Origin: a virus
Strand: one strand, 5' to 3'
Virus record (IMG/VR): IMGVR_UViG_3300023174_000058
Span: 32,001 to 96,000 of that record
DNA length: 64,000 bases
The position numbers and the translations under genes were made by a program. Of this stretch, positions 16,935 to 24,990 are shown one piece after another. A model generated the notes under the pieces. The model had not been told where the DNA came from. It did not search any database and saw nothing but the letters and a program-made list of their open reading frames with translations. Position 1 is the stretch's first letter. The number at the start of each line of letters is the position of its first letter.

Positions 16935-17210
16935 CTAAGCTACCCTGTGCCACTCATCAAGCTCAAAGTTCATGTGGATAAGACGCGTTTCGCCCGTTTC
17001 CAGTTTAAGCATTTGGAACGTCAGCCCATCATTAGGGAACCAACCCACAGTAGCGTCATCGCCATTTGGAGCTTCCACCAACACAAAGTGCCAAGTTTTA
17101 TATTCATCGCCATAGGGCACAGTCATGCTCCAGATGTCACCAACTTGGGGCATATCCTCATCGGGGATCTTCCAGAGTTCGCTATTAGGCTTCCGTCGCT
17201 TGCCCATCAT
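16935..17210 (-). CDS. GDI-family small protein
   Basis: PQVGDIW ... RVA. Confidence 0.8.
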   Translation of the reverse strand: MMGKRRKPNSELWKIPDEDMPQVGDIWSMTVPYGDEYKTWHFVLVEAPNGDDATVGWFPNDGLTFQMLKLETGETRLIHMNFELDEWHRVA

Positions 17211-17416
17211 GCCTCCTTGGTCCAGAAACCATTACTTCTATACCAGAAATATCCTAGAGTCTTTTCTCTGTTGTCTCCAAGCCCTTCTTTATTAAGAGCA
17301 AGAATAACAGTATCCCAGCCATCATGGTCTAAATCTGGTTCGATTTCAACGATAAGATAATAAAGTTTAACGCCGCTTAGATTATAACTCCAAATATCAC
17401 CACGCTGCGGTTCCAT
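17207..17416 (-). CDS. GDI-family small protein
   Basis: MEPQRGDIW ... KEA. Confidence 0.8.
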   Translation of the reverse strand: MEPQRGDIWSYNLSGVKLYYLIVEIEPDLDHDGWDTVILALNKEGLGDNREKTLGYFWYRSNGFWTKEA

Positions 17417-17640
17417 TAGGCTACCTTCTTCCAGTATGGGTTGCCCGTCATATCGATGGTGTATAGCACAACGCACTCACAACGTCCAGTTTCCAAGTAC
17501 AAGAAATCAACAGACCAACGAGGATCCTCTGTCGGATGACGATAAATGTTAGTAATCAGCCAATGCTGGACGCGGTTGGCCTCAAAAATAGTGCTTGTGT
17601 CCTTGCGCCAAATGTCACCGACTTCCATCACCGTAGACAT
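17416..17640 (-). CDS. GDI-family small protein
   Basis: MEVGDIW ... KVA. Confidence 0.8.
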   Translation of the reverse strand: MSTVMEVGDIWRKDTSTIFEANRVQHWLITNIYRHPTEDPRWSVDFLYLETGRCECVVLYTIDMTGNPYWKKVA

Positions 17641-17683
17641 GGAGGGATAATATCGGTGGTAGGCAGCGAAGTCAAGAGCAAAT

Positions 17684-17727
17684 AAAATGGCTATGGAGGA
17701 GGGCTAGCCCCTCCCAGCCCACCTTTT
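17684..17727. repeat. 44-bp dyad element copy 9 (between divergent promoters)
   Basis: AGGGCTAGCCCC core 17700-17711; TTGACT-17-TATTAT leftward and TTGACG...TACTAT rightward. Confidence 0.9.
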
Positions 17728-17781
17728 ATCATGCTTGACGGGTAGGAGAGGAAGGGGTACTATGCAAGGAGGAGGGTTGCT

Positions 17782-17931
17782 ATGTGTGACCATATGGATA
17801 TGGAAACGGAAGTTACGGGGACGGTGGACTACTGGGAGGGGGACGAGTACCTTTGCAAGGATATTATTTCTTGCTCCTGTCCTGATTGCGGCTCCACTTT
17901 CTTGCTTGACGATCCTGCCGATCTGGAGTAA
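17782..17931 (+). CDS. small acidic Cys-rich (zinc-ribbon-like) protein, 49 aa
   Basis: MCDH...CPDCG; AAGGAGGAGG RBS. Confidence 0.65.
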   Translation: MCDHMDMETEVTGTVDYWEGDEYLCKDIISCSCPDCGSTFLLDDPADLE

Positions 17932-18003
17932 GATGCTTTTCATGGTTGGGACGGATGATCCTCCCACCAAAACCGCCCCAACGGGGCAGATGGAGAAGGC
18001 ACG

Positions 18004-18327
18004 ATGGCTACCTCTAACGAGATTCTGGCTGAGATCGCGTCGTACAGCGCTGCAAATGGGCGTCCTTGCCCTGCAAAGTACCTGACCGACAAGTTTGGTG
18101 CCGATGCTGCCGATCTTATCGTCTCTCTCAAGAAGGAGGGTAAGATCTACGGTCGCCGTGGTCGCACGGGCGGTCTTGTGAGCAACGAGGCATCCCCGCT
18201 GCCGCAGGTTGACTTTAACACCCCGCAGGTTGATGCGGGCAACGACCTTGCGGCTGAGTTCGCTGCCCTTGCTGCCAAGTTGGCGGCTGAGTCGGATGCG
18301 GGCGAAGTGGCTGCGACCGGCACCTAA
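18004..18327 (+). CDS. winged-helix DNA-binding protein candidate (Rrf2-like wing)
   Basis: LKKEGKIYGRRGRTGGL resembles the Rrf2 wing motif; highly expressed-type codon bias. Confidence 0.6.
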   Translation: MATSNEILAEIASYSAANGRPCPAKYLTDKFGADAADLIVSLKKEGKIYGRRGRTGGLVSNEASPLPQVDFNTPQVDAGNDLAAEFAALAAKLAAESDAGEVAATGT

Positions 18328-18347
18328 AGTCTAACCTTGGAGCCTTG

Positions 18348-18373
18348 CGGCCCCCCGAAAGGGGGGCCGTTGT
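18348..18373 (+). terminator. intrinsic terminator
   Basis: CGGCCCCCC-GAAA-GGGGGGCCG followed by TTGTT. Confidence 0.75.
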
Positions 18374-18422
18374 TCTATATGTGGAGTCTATCACATCCTG
18401 AACACATCGTCAAGCCCCGGAA

Positions 18423-18466
18423 AAAAGGCTAGACGACGGGGGCTAGCCCCTGCTGGAACACATTTT
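18423..18466. repeat. 44-bp dyad element copy 10
   Basis: perfect core 18439-18450; promoter-like boxes on both sides. Confidence 0.9.
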
Positions 18467-18509
18467 ATTTCTCTTGCCACTAGCCCGAACAACGTGTATT
18501 GTCTCCCGC

Positions 18510-18716
18510 ATGGAAAACACGATCAAGGTCGGCACCGTCGTCTACCACAAGAATCCTCAATCCAACCTTTTCAAGGGACCGGGCACAGTTACAAAGATTC
18601 AACATGATCCGATCTTTGGTGTTGACGCCTACACCGTTCTGTGGCAGAGTGCAGGGGATAGTTGGGTTCACTACCGATCCAGCATTGTGACGCTGGTCGA
18701 AAAGGAAAGCAAATAA
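18510..18716 (+). CDS. small SH3-like protein
   Basis: IKVGTVVYH...GPGTVTKI...YTVLW; near-leaderless after TTGCCA-17-TATTGT. Confidence 0.7.
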   Translation: MENTIKVGTVVYHKNPQSNLFKGPGTVTKIQHDPIFGVDAYTVLWQSAGDSWVHYRSSIVTLVEKESK

Positions 18717-18717
18717 C

Positions 18718-18882
18718 ATGTCAAAGAGGATCATCGTTCTTTCGGACGGTACATGGGAAACGGTTGGCCCCGCACAAATCTTTACCATCACAGATGCAGC
18801 CCATGATATGCTGCTTGACGGTGGTGAGGTTCGCGACTTGAAACAGAATACCGATATTATTAGCACAGAGGAGATTGGCTAA
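18718..18882 (+). CDS. hypothetical protein (54 aa)
   Basis: manual translation MSKRIIVLSDGTWET...; TAATG overlap with next gene. Confidence 0.6.
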   Translation: MSKRIIVLSDGTWETVGPAQIFTITDAAHDMLLDGGEVRDLKQNTDIISTEEIG

Positions 18883-19127
18883 TGCGAGTAAACTTTTATT
18901 TCACAGATAAGATTGATACCTATAAGATTGAAGCCGAAGTTTCAAAGAGTAACCGTGTCACCGTTCTAACCGTAGAGGATAGTTGGGGCTCGGACGTTGA
19001 CTTTGACGACTTTAGCGAGGACGAAAAGAAGGGCATTTATGCCAAGGCATATAGTGCTCGTGACTCGCTCGAACAGGCAGAGGAACCCGATTACGACGGC
19101 GACGAAGGGGAGGCCGCTTATGAGTAA
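18882..19127 (+). CDS. small acidic hypothetical protein
   Basis: 81 aa, GAGGAG RBS. Confidence 0.7.
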   Translation: MRVNFYFTDKIDTYKIEAEVSKSNRVTVLTVEDSWGSDVDFDDFSEDEKKGIYAKAYSARDSLEQAEEPDYDGDEGEAAYE

Positions 19128-19395
19128 GAAATACAAGAACATGACCGCGGAGGAAAAGATTGCCTACCGTGAGCAACGCCGCAAGGCACAAGAGGCAGAA
19201 ATGCCTACCGCCGAACTCGTTGCCAAGATGGAACGTAATGCCGCCATCCTGCTACGGCATTATCCACCGGCAGAGGCACGGCGGCAAATGGAAAACATTC
19301 TTACGCACGCTGTCTTTATGGATGAGTGTCATAGCGGTTTCTCCGAAGCGATCCTCGCTATGGGTGTAAAACTAGACGAACTTATCGACGGGTGA
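19120..19395 (+). CDS. hypothetical protein
   Basis: start MSKKYK with GGAGG RBS. Confidence 0.7.
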   Translation: MSKKYKNMTAEEKIAYREQRRKAQEAEMPTAELVAKMERNAAILLRHYPPAEARRQMENILTHAVFMDECHSGFSEAILAMGVKLDELIDG

Positions 19396-19415
19396 ACGTT
19401 CCCCCCTCCCGGCAG

Positions 19416-19459
19416 AAAAGGCTGGGATGCGGGGGCTAGCCCCTCCCATATCATATTTT
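19416..19459. repeat. 44-bp dyad element copy 11
   Basis: perfect core 19432-19443. Confidence 0.9.
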
Positions 19460-19544
19460 TTCTTCTGTACTGCGATGCGGTGATGCGATACATTCCCTTT
19501 TGTCCACAGGGGACACCGGCTCCAAGCGAGCCACCGGAGAGAAG

Positions 19545-19835
19545 ATGTCTGTTTGCCTTACTGCCAATCAGAAGAAGTACCTTTCCTATTACCAGAACTA
19601 CTTCGGTAAGCACGGTGAGTTTCCTAACACCGCTGATGCTGCTCGTTATTTTGGTAAGCCGTCCACGACGGTCCTTAATGTTATTGGTGCGATCTTTCTG
19701 AAGGGTGGTTTCACGGGTGGTAAGCCCCTGACCCGCAACCTGCTTGTGGCGCACGGCGAGAGCAAGCCTCTCAATATCAGGGCAACAAAGGCTAAGAAAA
19801 ACACGCAGCAGTCTAACGCTACGCTGCACGAGTAA
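19545..19835 (+). CDS. LexA-type winged-helix DNA-binding domain protein (no peptidase domain)
   Basis: LTANQKKYLSYYQNYFGKHGEFPNTADAARYFG...AIFLKG parallels the LexA N-terminal domain. Confidence 0.65.
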   Translation: MSVCLTANQKKYLSYYQNYFGKHGEFPNTADAARYFGKPSTTVLNVIGAIFLKGGFTGGKPLTRNLLVAHGESKPLNIRATKAKKNTQQSNATLHE

Positions 19836-19854
19836 ACGGCTCCCCACCCACCAG

Positions 19855-19898
19855 AAAAGCGGTGGGCACGGGGGCTAGCCCCTCCACGCAAACATTTT
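19855..19898. repeat. 44-bp dyad element copy 12
   Basis: perfect core 19871-19882; rightward TTGACC-17-TATACT. Confidence 0.9.
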
Positions 19899-19968
19899 AT
19901 TCTGCTTGACCCACCCAGCGATCCCGCATATACTGCCTTCACGGTCGAAGGACCGATGGAGGATGGGG

Positions 19969-20232
19969 ATGCTGCTCAAGGGCATGGATACCCGCAAGTT
20001 GTTCGCAGAGGTCGATGCAGCGGTCGGACTTGCACTCGCCAGCCGTCCTAGCAAGTTGGACGAGATTGATTGGGAGTGCTGGACGAAAGAGATGCTGGCA
20101 GAAGATGCTAGCAACGTCAACATGACGATTGAGATGGTCTGCGTCGAGTACGGTTGGACTGCCGATGCCTATAACCGCATCGTGCGCCGTATGCGCCGCA
20201 ATCGTCACACTCCCCCAGAAATGATGTATTGA
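19969..20232 (+). CDS. hypothetical protein
   Basis: ORF after the element-linked promoter with GGAGG RBS; exact start uncertain. Confidence 0.65.
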   Translation: MLLKGMDTRKLFAEVDAAVGLALASRPSKLDEIDWECWTKEMLAEDASNVNMTIEMVCVEYGWTADAYNRIVRRMRRNRHTPPEMMY

Positions 20233-20298
20233 CAAGCGACACCATTACTGATAAAGTCCGGTTCTACTAACCGCCCAGTAGGGCAGAGGAGCAAGAGG

Positions 20299-20490
20299 AT
20301 GAAGGTCAAGACTAGCAAGCGCAACCATGTGTACGTTATCCAGAAGAAGGAGGGGGGGCGGTGGGCCACCATCATTGATACAAACGGCCCCATCATCATC
20401 CGTACCCGTAGCCTTGCCCGCACCGTAAGCCGCGAGTATAAGAACCTTTCCAAGACCCCCCGTTCATTCCGCGTTAAGCGTCTCGCTTAA
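20299..20490 (+). CDS. small basic hypothetical protein
   Basis: 63 aa with GAGGAG RBS and upstream TTGACA. Confidence 0.65.
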   Translation: MKVKTSKRNHVYVIQKKEGGRWATIIDTNGPIIIRTRSLARTVSREYKNLSKTPRSFRVKRLA

Positions 20491-20523
20491 TCCACAACCC
20501 CACACGGTATAGGACGCCCGCCT

Positions 20524-20910
20524 ATGGCACGCCGCATCAAAACCCGCGACTATTCGATGCTCCAGATTATCACCGGAGCAACAAAGGCGGGCGTCCACCG
20601 TGATAATGCCAAACACGCAAGCCTGACCGCTTGCAGAGGAGAAAAAAAGATGTTCGCTGCCCGCAAGAACCTTCGCCATGACCTCCAGATTGAGTGGACC
20701 CGTGACGCAGAACACGGTGGAGTCGAAGTGTTCGATGTGTATGGTGCCCGACTCCCGCAAGGCGGCTGGCATATCGTCCGCATGGACATCATCGACGAGG
20801 ATGGTATGCCCATCACCTTTAACACGATGAGTCTTTCGGAGGAGGAGCGTATTGCTATCGAGAACGCCCTCGAAGACGAGAGCGCAGGACTGTCGGCTAC
20901 CCGACACTAG
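20524..20910 (+). CDS. hypothetical protein (acidic C-terminal domain)
   Basis: 128-aa ORF; possible internal start at 20650. Confidence 0.6.
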   Translation: MARRIKTRDYSMLQIITGATKAGVHRDNAKHASLTACRGEKKMFAARKNLRHDLQIEWTRDAEHGGVEVFDVYGARLPQGGWHIVRMDIIDEDGMPITFNTMSLSEEERIAIENALEDESAGLSATRH

Positions 20911-20932
20911 AGGGTGCCCCTCCGGTTGCCAA

Positions 20933-20976
20933 AAAAGGCGGCTGCGAGGGGGCTAGCCCCTGCCCCATGCCATTTT
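20933..20976. repeat. 44-bp dyad element copy 13
   Basis: perfect core 20949-20960; rightward TTGCGC-17-TATAGT. Confidence 0.9.
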
Positions 20977-21049
20977 ATTTTGCTTGCGCTTTCGGCGGTT
21001 CCCCCGTATAGTCTACCCACGCTCGACGGTCGGGCGATGGGGTGCAACG

Positions 21050-21721
21050 GTGGCGAACGTCAAGCCTTACAACGGTAAATGGAATAAGAATAAGAAACTC
21101 CAAAAGACGCAGGGCACCGGCGCCTATAACATCATCGGTTTTGGCATCCCTGCCGATCACGATTTTACTGACGAAAACCTTGTCAAGCGTAACACCTGCC
21201 CCGGTGCGCTGGCTTGTCGCGCCGTGTGCTATGCTAAGCAGGGCGGTTATCTTTGGCCCGCTAGCATTGCGGCCCGTGCCCACAACCTCGCGCTTTCGCA
21301 AAACCCTAACTTCGTCGCGCTTATGATCGAGGATCTCGCCCGCTTCCGCAAGGTTGACACCGTGCGCGTGCATGATAGCGGGGACTTCTACTCGCAGGGC
21401 TACTTTGACGCATGGTGTTGGATTGCACGCGCCTTCCCTAACATTACCTTCTACGCCTACACCAAAAGCCTTGATCTCGACCTGTCGGGCGCACCAGATA
21501 ACTTCCGCGTGACGCAATCCCTCGGCGGCAAGTTTGACGGGCTTGTGAACCTTGGAAAGCCGCACTCCCGCATTTTCACCAGCCATGAGGACCGCACCCG
21601 CGCCGATTATGTTGACGGTAACTTGACGGATGCCTATGCAATCGAAGGGGAAACGCGCATCGGGCTTGTGTACCACGGGAACAAGGGCCTGACAGACGCT
21701 CAGAAAAAGTTCTTTCGCTAG
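21050..21721 (+). CDS. phage GP88-like protein (radical-SAM-like Cys motif)
   Basis: TCPGALACRAVCYA and RVHDSGDFYS, FYAYTKS motifs; GTG start. Confidence 0.75.
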   Translation: MANVKPYNGKWNKNKKLQKTQGTGAYNIIGFGIPADHDFTDENLVKRNTCPGALACRAVCYAKQGGYLWPASIAARAHNLALSQNPNFVALMIEDLARFRKVDTVRVHDSGDFYSQGYFDAWCWIARAFPNITFYAYTKSLDLDLSGAPDNFRVTQSLGGKFDGLVNLGKPHSRIFTSHEDRTRADYVDGNLTDAYAIEGETRIGLVYHGNKGLTDAQKKFFR

Positions 21722-21743
21722 AGTAATCCCCCGGACGCTGGAA

Positions 21744-21787
21744 AAAAGACCAGCCGAAGGGGGCTAGCCCCGCCCGCCACGGCTTTT
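21744..21787. repeat. 44-bp dyad element copy 14 (convergent junction, no promoter)
   Basis: perfect core 21760-21771 between two stop codons. Confidence 0.9.
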
Positions 21788-21808
21788 ATCGCCGGGGGGC
21801 AGAGGCTG

Positions 21809-21988
21809 TTAAATCTCGGACATCGTGTAAGCAGCCGTCCAAACACCGGGGCGTTCACGCTCACCCTTGTCGCTGTCGTAGTTAAGGAACCGGGATTCAT
21901 TCATTGAATAAACGGTTTCAATGTCCCCGTCCGCATTAAACAATGCGCTGTATTCCATACCACCAAAGATAAAGTTTACTCGACGCAT
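21809..21988 (-). CDS. small hypothetical protein
   Basis: MRRVNFIFGG... with GGAGG RBS. Confidence 0.55.
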   Translation of the reverse strand: MRRVNFIFGGMEYSALFNADGDIETVYSMNESRFLNYDSDKGERERPGVWTAAYTMSEI

Positions 21989-22091
21989 TACCCTTCCTCC
22001 GAAGAAAGCCAGAAGCCAAGGAAAATAACCGAAACAAAAATGATAACGCCGCCGATTGCCGCAATGTCGCCGCCATACATGGTAAATCCTC

Positions 22092-22325
22092 CTAGGCCTG
22101 AGCCAACGTTCCAGCCGCGATGAGCGTCTTGTATTCCATCGCCGCAAACACGATATCCTCCGCGATAAGATCCTTCAGTTTCTCAATGTCGCCGGGAGTC
22201 AGGTTGACGCGCTCGCCCATGCTGTCAATGACGCGGATATCGTCAAAATCCTTCGAGTCAGGGTTGACCGTGAAGTAGCAGTTAACGTCCCGACCATTTC
22301 GCTTGTAGATGATGAGGTTTTCCAT
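22092..22325 (-). CDS. small acidic hypothetical protein
   Basis: 77 aa; AGAGG RBS. Confidence 0.7.
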   Translation of the reverse strand: MENLIIYKRNGRDVNCYFTVNPDSKDFDDIRVIDSMGERVNLTPGDIEKLKDLIAEDIVFAAMEYKTLIAAGTLAQA

Positions 22326-22401
22326 GTTGCCTCTTAGCGCCCGCCAATGGGCAGAAGGGTGAGAGAAAGTGCGAGACTGATACTAATGCAAGCCAGTGCG
22401 A

Positions 22402-22587
22402 TCATCGGGCCCCCTTTTCACAGAGAAGATACGCCTCCTCCGGGGAAATGTCAAGCCCCTTCCGCTTACCGGCCATGCAGGACATAACCTTAAAAGCGTG
22501 CTCGTCGTTGTTGTTCATAAGATCATAAACAACCGCGCCCCACGAAATAACGATCCACGCTGCAAACAAACCCGTCAGAATCTTCAT
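22402..22587 (-). CDS. small membrane-anchored protein
   Basis: MKILTGLFAAWIVISWGAVV hydrophobic N-terminus; AGGAGG RBS. Confidence 0.6.
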   Translation of the reverse strand: MKILTGLFAAWIVISWGAVVYDLMNNNDEHAFKVMSCMAGKRKGLDISPEEAYLLCEKGAR

Positions 22588-22642
22588 CGCCCTTCCTCCT
22601 AAAAAAGAAAGTATCACCGCCTCCCCCGGATAGCAAAAAAAT

Positions 22643-22686
22643 AAAATGGTCCGTTGGGAGGGCTAGCCCCCCTTGCCTCGGCTTTT
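22643..22686. repeat. 44-bp dyad element copy 15
   Basis: AGGGCTAGCCCC core 22659-22670. Confidence 0.9.
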
Positions 22687-22702
22687 ATTGCCGGGGCTGG
22701 GG

Positions 22703-22782
22703 TTTTGTCCGAAAGTAACCATTCTGTTCTCCGCCCCCCATAATAGGGAGCAGGCAGGAATCGAACCTGCTACCGGACAAAC
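22703..22782 (-). ncRNA. circularly permuted tRNA-like RNA module candidate
   Basis: TTTGTCCG/CGGACAAA closing stem enclosing T arm GCAGG-TTCGATT-CCTGC, a loop-closed acceptor-like stem and a D-like arm. Confidence 0.55.
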
Positions 22783-22784
22783 TT

Positions 22785-22931
22785 TTAGTAGGGTTCCAAC
22801 CGGAGGTTTTCGGCGCAGCAAATCATTTCGATGCCGCTCTTGAACCGGACAAGGGCGCACTTGTAGCCCGTTGAAATGATCTTTCCCAGACCGTACAAGT
22901 GGTGACGCACAATGTCATGGTCGCGCAGCAT
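22785..22931 (-). CDS. small SH3/Tudor-like protein (48 aa)
   Basis: MLRDHDIVRHHLYGLGKII...LVRFKSG; TAATG overlap and GGAGG RBS. Confidence 0.65.
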   Translation of the reverse strand: MLRDHDIVRHHLYGLGKIISTGYKCALVRFKSGIEMICCAENLRLEPY

Positions 22932-23323
22932 TAGAGATCCTCCCCCTTCGTGTCCGCCTTGATATCACGGGCAAGGTCATCGGCGTTATAACGGTCAAAA
23001 ATATCGTCCGGGTAAAGGGTAAGCATCATGCAACGGATGGCAGGATCGGCGTTGGCTTCCTCGATCATGTCCCCGATAATCTTACGGTCGTGCTCACGGC
23101 TGTCCTCATCCTCCGGCGTCCAACCGGGGATGTGGAAATCGGCAGTAGCGTCGAGGAAGGTACGGTGCGCCGCTTCGGCATCCTTGTCCCGCGTGTCGGG
23201 GCGGTCATACAGTGCAGCCGCATGGAAAGAGCAAGCGGCATCCTCATCGCAGCCGCAAATCTCAGTGCCGGGGTGGGGGATCGTGTTCGCGCTCATCGCA
23301 TCGGCCTCCGTGGTGGGGAACAT
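22931..23323 (-). CDS. acidic hypothetical protein
   Basis: 130-aa ORF (alternative start 23296) after TTGCCA-17-TATACT. Confidence 0.7.
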   Translation of the reverse strand: MFPTTEADAMSANTIPHPGTEICGCDEDAACSFHAAALYDRPDTRDKDAEAAHRTFLDATADFHIPGWTPEDEDSREHDRKIIGDMIEEANADPAIRCMMLTLYPDDIFDRYNADDLARDIKADTKGEDL

Positions 23324-23365
23324 GGAGAGAGTATAGGGGGCAACCCTGCCGGTGGCAAGAGAAAT

Positions 23366-23409
23366 AAAATACGTTCCAGCGGGGGCTAGCCCCTCCCAGT
23401 TGGCCTTTT
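23366..23409. repeat. 44-bp dyad element copy 16
   Basis: perfect core 23382-23393. Confidence 0.9.
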
Positions 23410-23477
23410 ATTCGGGGCACTAGAAAAGCCCGCCCCTTGCGGGTACGGGCCGAAGGTGCTACGCTTGACGCTTTGCG

Positions 23478-23714
23478 TTAGAGAGTGGCGAACGTTTCCG
23501 CGTAATCACGGGCGGTGTTGCGGTTCAGGGTGCGCCAACCCTCGCCAACGCTCCACACCGTCTCGAACCCCGGCTTGAGCGCAGGACGCACGCCGCCCTT
23601 CGTGTTGGCAGCGATGAACTCTGCGGGCAGGTCGCCCACCTGCACGAACGTCATCGTGCGATCTTCGCCCTTGACGGTGGTGAACGCGCAGTTGTAAGCC
23701 TTGACGATCGCCAT
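23478..23714 (-). CDS. WYL_2/DUF2693-like Sm/SH3 beta-barrel protein
   Basis: FTTVKGEDRTM...TVWSVGEGWRTLN pattern. Confidence 0.6.
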   Translation of the reverse strand: MAIVKAYNCAFTTVKGEDRTMTFVQVGDLPAEFIAANTKGGVRPALKPGFETVWSVGEGWRTLNRNTARDYAETFATL

Positions 23715-23799
23715 TTTGCTTCCCCTTGTTTGACTGGGCACCATGCCCGCCGTCGATGATGTGAATATACGCGGGAACCTTGCCGCCGTCAAGGGGAAT

Positions 23800-23843
23800 A
23801 AAATATCATCCAGTGGGGGCTAGCCCCTCCTGCCACGGCTTTT
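23800..23843. repeat. 44-bp dyad element copy 17
   Basis: perfect core 23816-23827; leftward TTGACG-17-TATATT. Confidence 0.9.
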
Positions 23844-23946
23844 ATTTGCCGGAGCGAGGGAGCGCGCACCTCCTAATCAGTGTCACCGAAGAAATAGTCC
23901 TCGTCCGTTTATTTTCTTTTTGGAATAGACGAAGACTATTTATTGT

Positions 23947-24552
23947 ATGCTAACAGAAAAGAAATGCTATGGTTGTCAAACTACCAAAACTATTACAGAA
24001 TTTGGTAATGATAAAAGAGGCGTTGGTGGATTTAAAAATTATTGTAGACTGTGCTGCACCAAACGTCGTAAACTTCATTACGAGAAGAACAAAGAGAAAG
24101 AGTTAGTAAAAGGCAAAGAATACAAAGCTGCAAATAAAGAAAAGCTAGCAGAGCTATCAAGGGCGTATCGTAAGGCAAATCCTGAGAAGGTTAAAGAATG
24201 GAAACGAAACGAATATAAACGCCGCCGTTCGATTAAGAAGAATATTGTTGAAGACAGCATCAGCCGCGCAATCAATAAAAGAGTAAAGTTCAATAGGCAG
24301 TTTGGACATTGGGAAGAAATATTAGGTTATTCCGTAGAGCAATTAATGCTTCACTTGGAAAGCAAATTCAAGCCCGAAATGAACTGGGACAACTATGGTT
24401 CATATTGGCACATAGACCACGTAAAACCTAAGAGCTGGTTTGAATATGATGCTTTGGATAGTGAGGCTTTCAAACAATGTTGGGCATTAGATAATCTACA
24501 ACCGCTTGAAGCCTCACTCAACTGCTCTAAACAAAATAGATACGAAGGTTAG
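23947..24552 (+). CDS. HNH homing-type endonuclease
   Basis: WHIDHVKP, LQPLEASLNCSKQN; AT-rich insert in the GC island; paralog of 12278..12886. Confidence 0.85.
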   Translation: MLTEKKCYGCQTTKTITEFGNDKRGVGGFKNYCRLCCTKRRKLHYEKNKEKELVKGKEYKAANKEKLAELSRAYRKANPEKVKEWKRNEYKRRRSIKKNIVEDSISRAINKRVKFNRQFGHWEEILGYSVEQLMLHLESKFKPEMNWDNYGSYWHIDHVKPKSWFEYDALDSEAFKQCWALDNLQPLEASLNCSKQNRYEG

Positions 24553-24918
24553 AAGTCATCGTCGCTACCATAACATCCATAATCTTCTGATGTTCCCCAT
24601 CCTGCGCTGGCAAGAGCATAGGCGTCGTCGCTGTAGTCAAGGTCCGCACCATAAGCAGAATCAAGTTCCTCATCGGCCTCGTCATACAGCCGCTCTTCCA
24701 TCCTGTCGGCAACGTCCTGCTTGCACAGCGCGTCCTCACACACAGGGGCACCACAGCCAATGCAGGGCTCCCCTTCGTTCAGTTCGGGGTAGTGCTTCAA
24801 CAGATCCTCGCCCATGCGCTGGCAGTCGCCGCAAACGCGGGTGCCATCGTCAAGCGCAATGGCGGCGTGCTTCTCGCACAGGTCGCACTTAGGGGCGAAA
24901 GGGATGCCAAGGGTCATG
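24549..24918 (-). CDS. Cys-rich protein with acidic C-terminus
   Basis: CDLC..CGDC..CIGC; ends DDAYALASAGWGTSEDYG; AGGAG RBS. Confidence 0.65.
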
Positions 24919-24990
24919 TCGCAGTCTCCTATCCCGTCAATCGGGCGTGAAGGGATATTGGCATGGCTTGGGCTGGGATGCAATCAAAAT

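Noticed and set aside
22690-22800. Two-piece (permuted) tmRNA
   Set aside because: An Ala-like acceptor and T arm are present, but the module closes within ~80 nt, leaving no room for a tag reading frame or pseudoknots, and it has no CCA.
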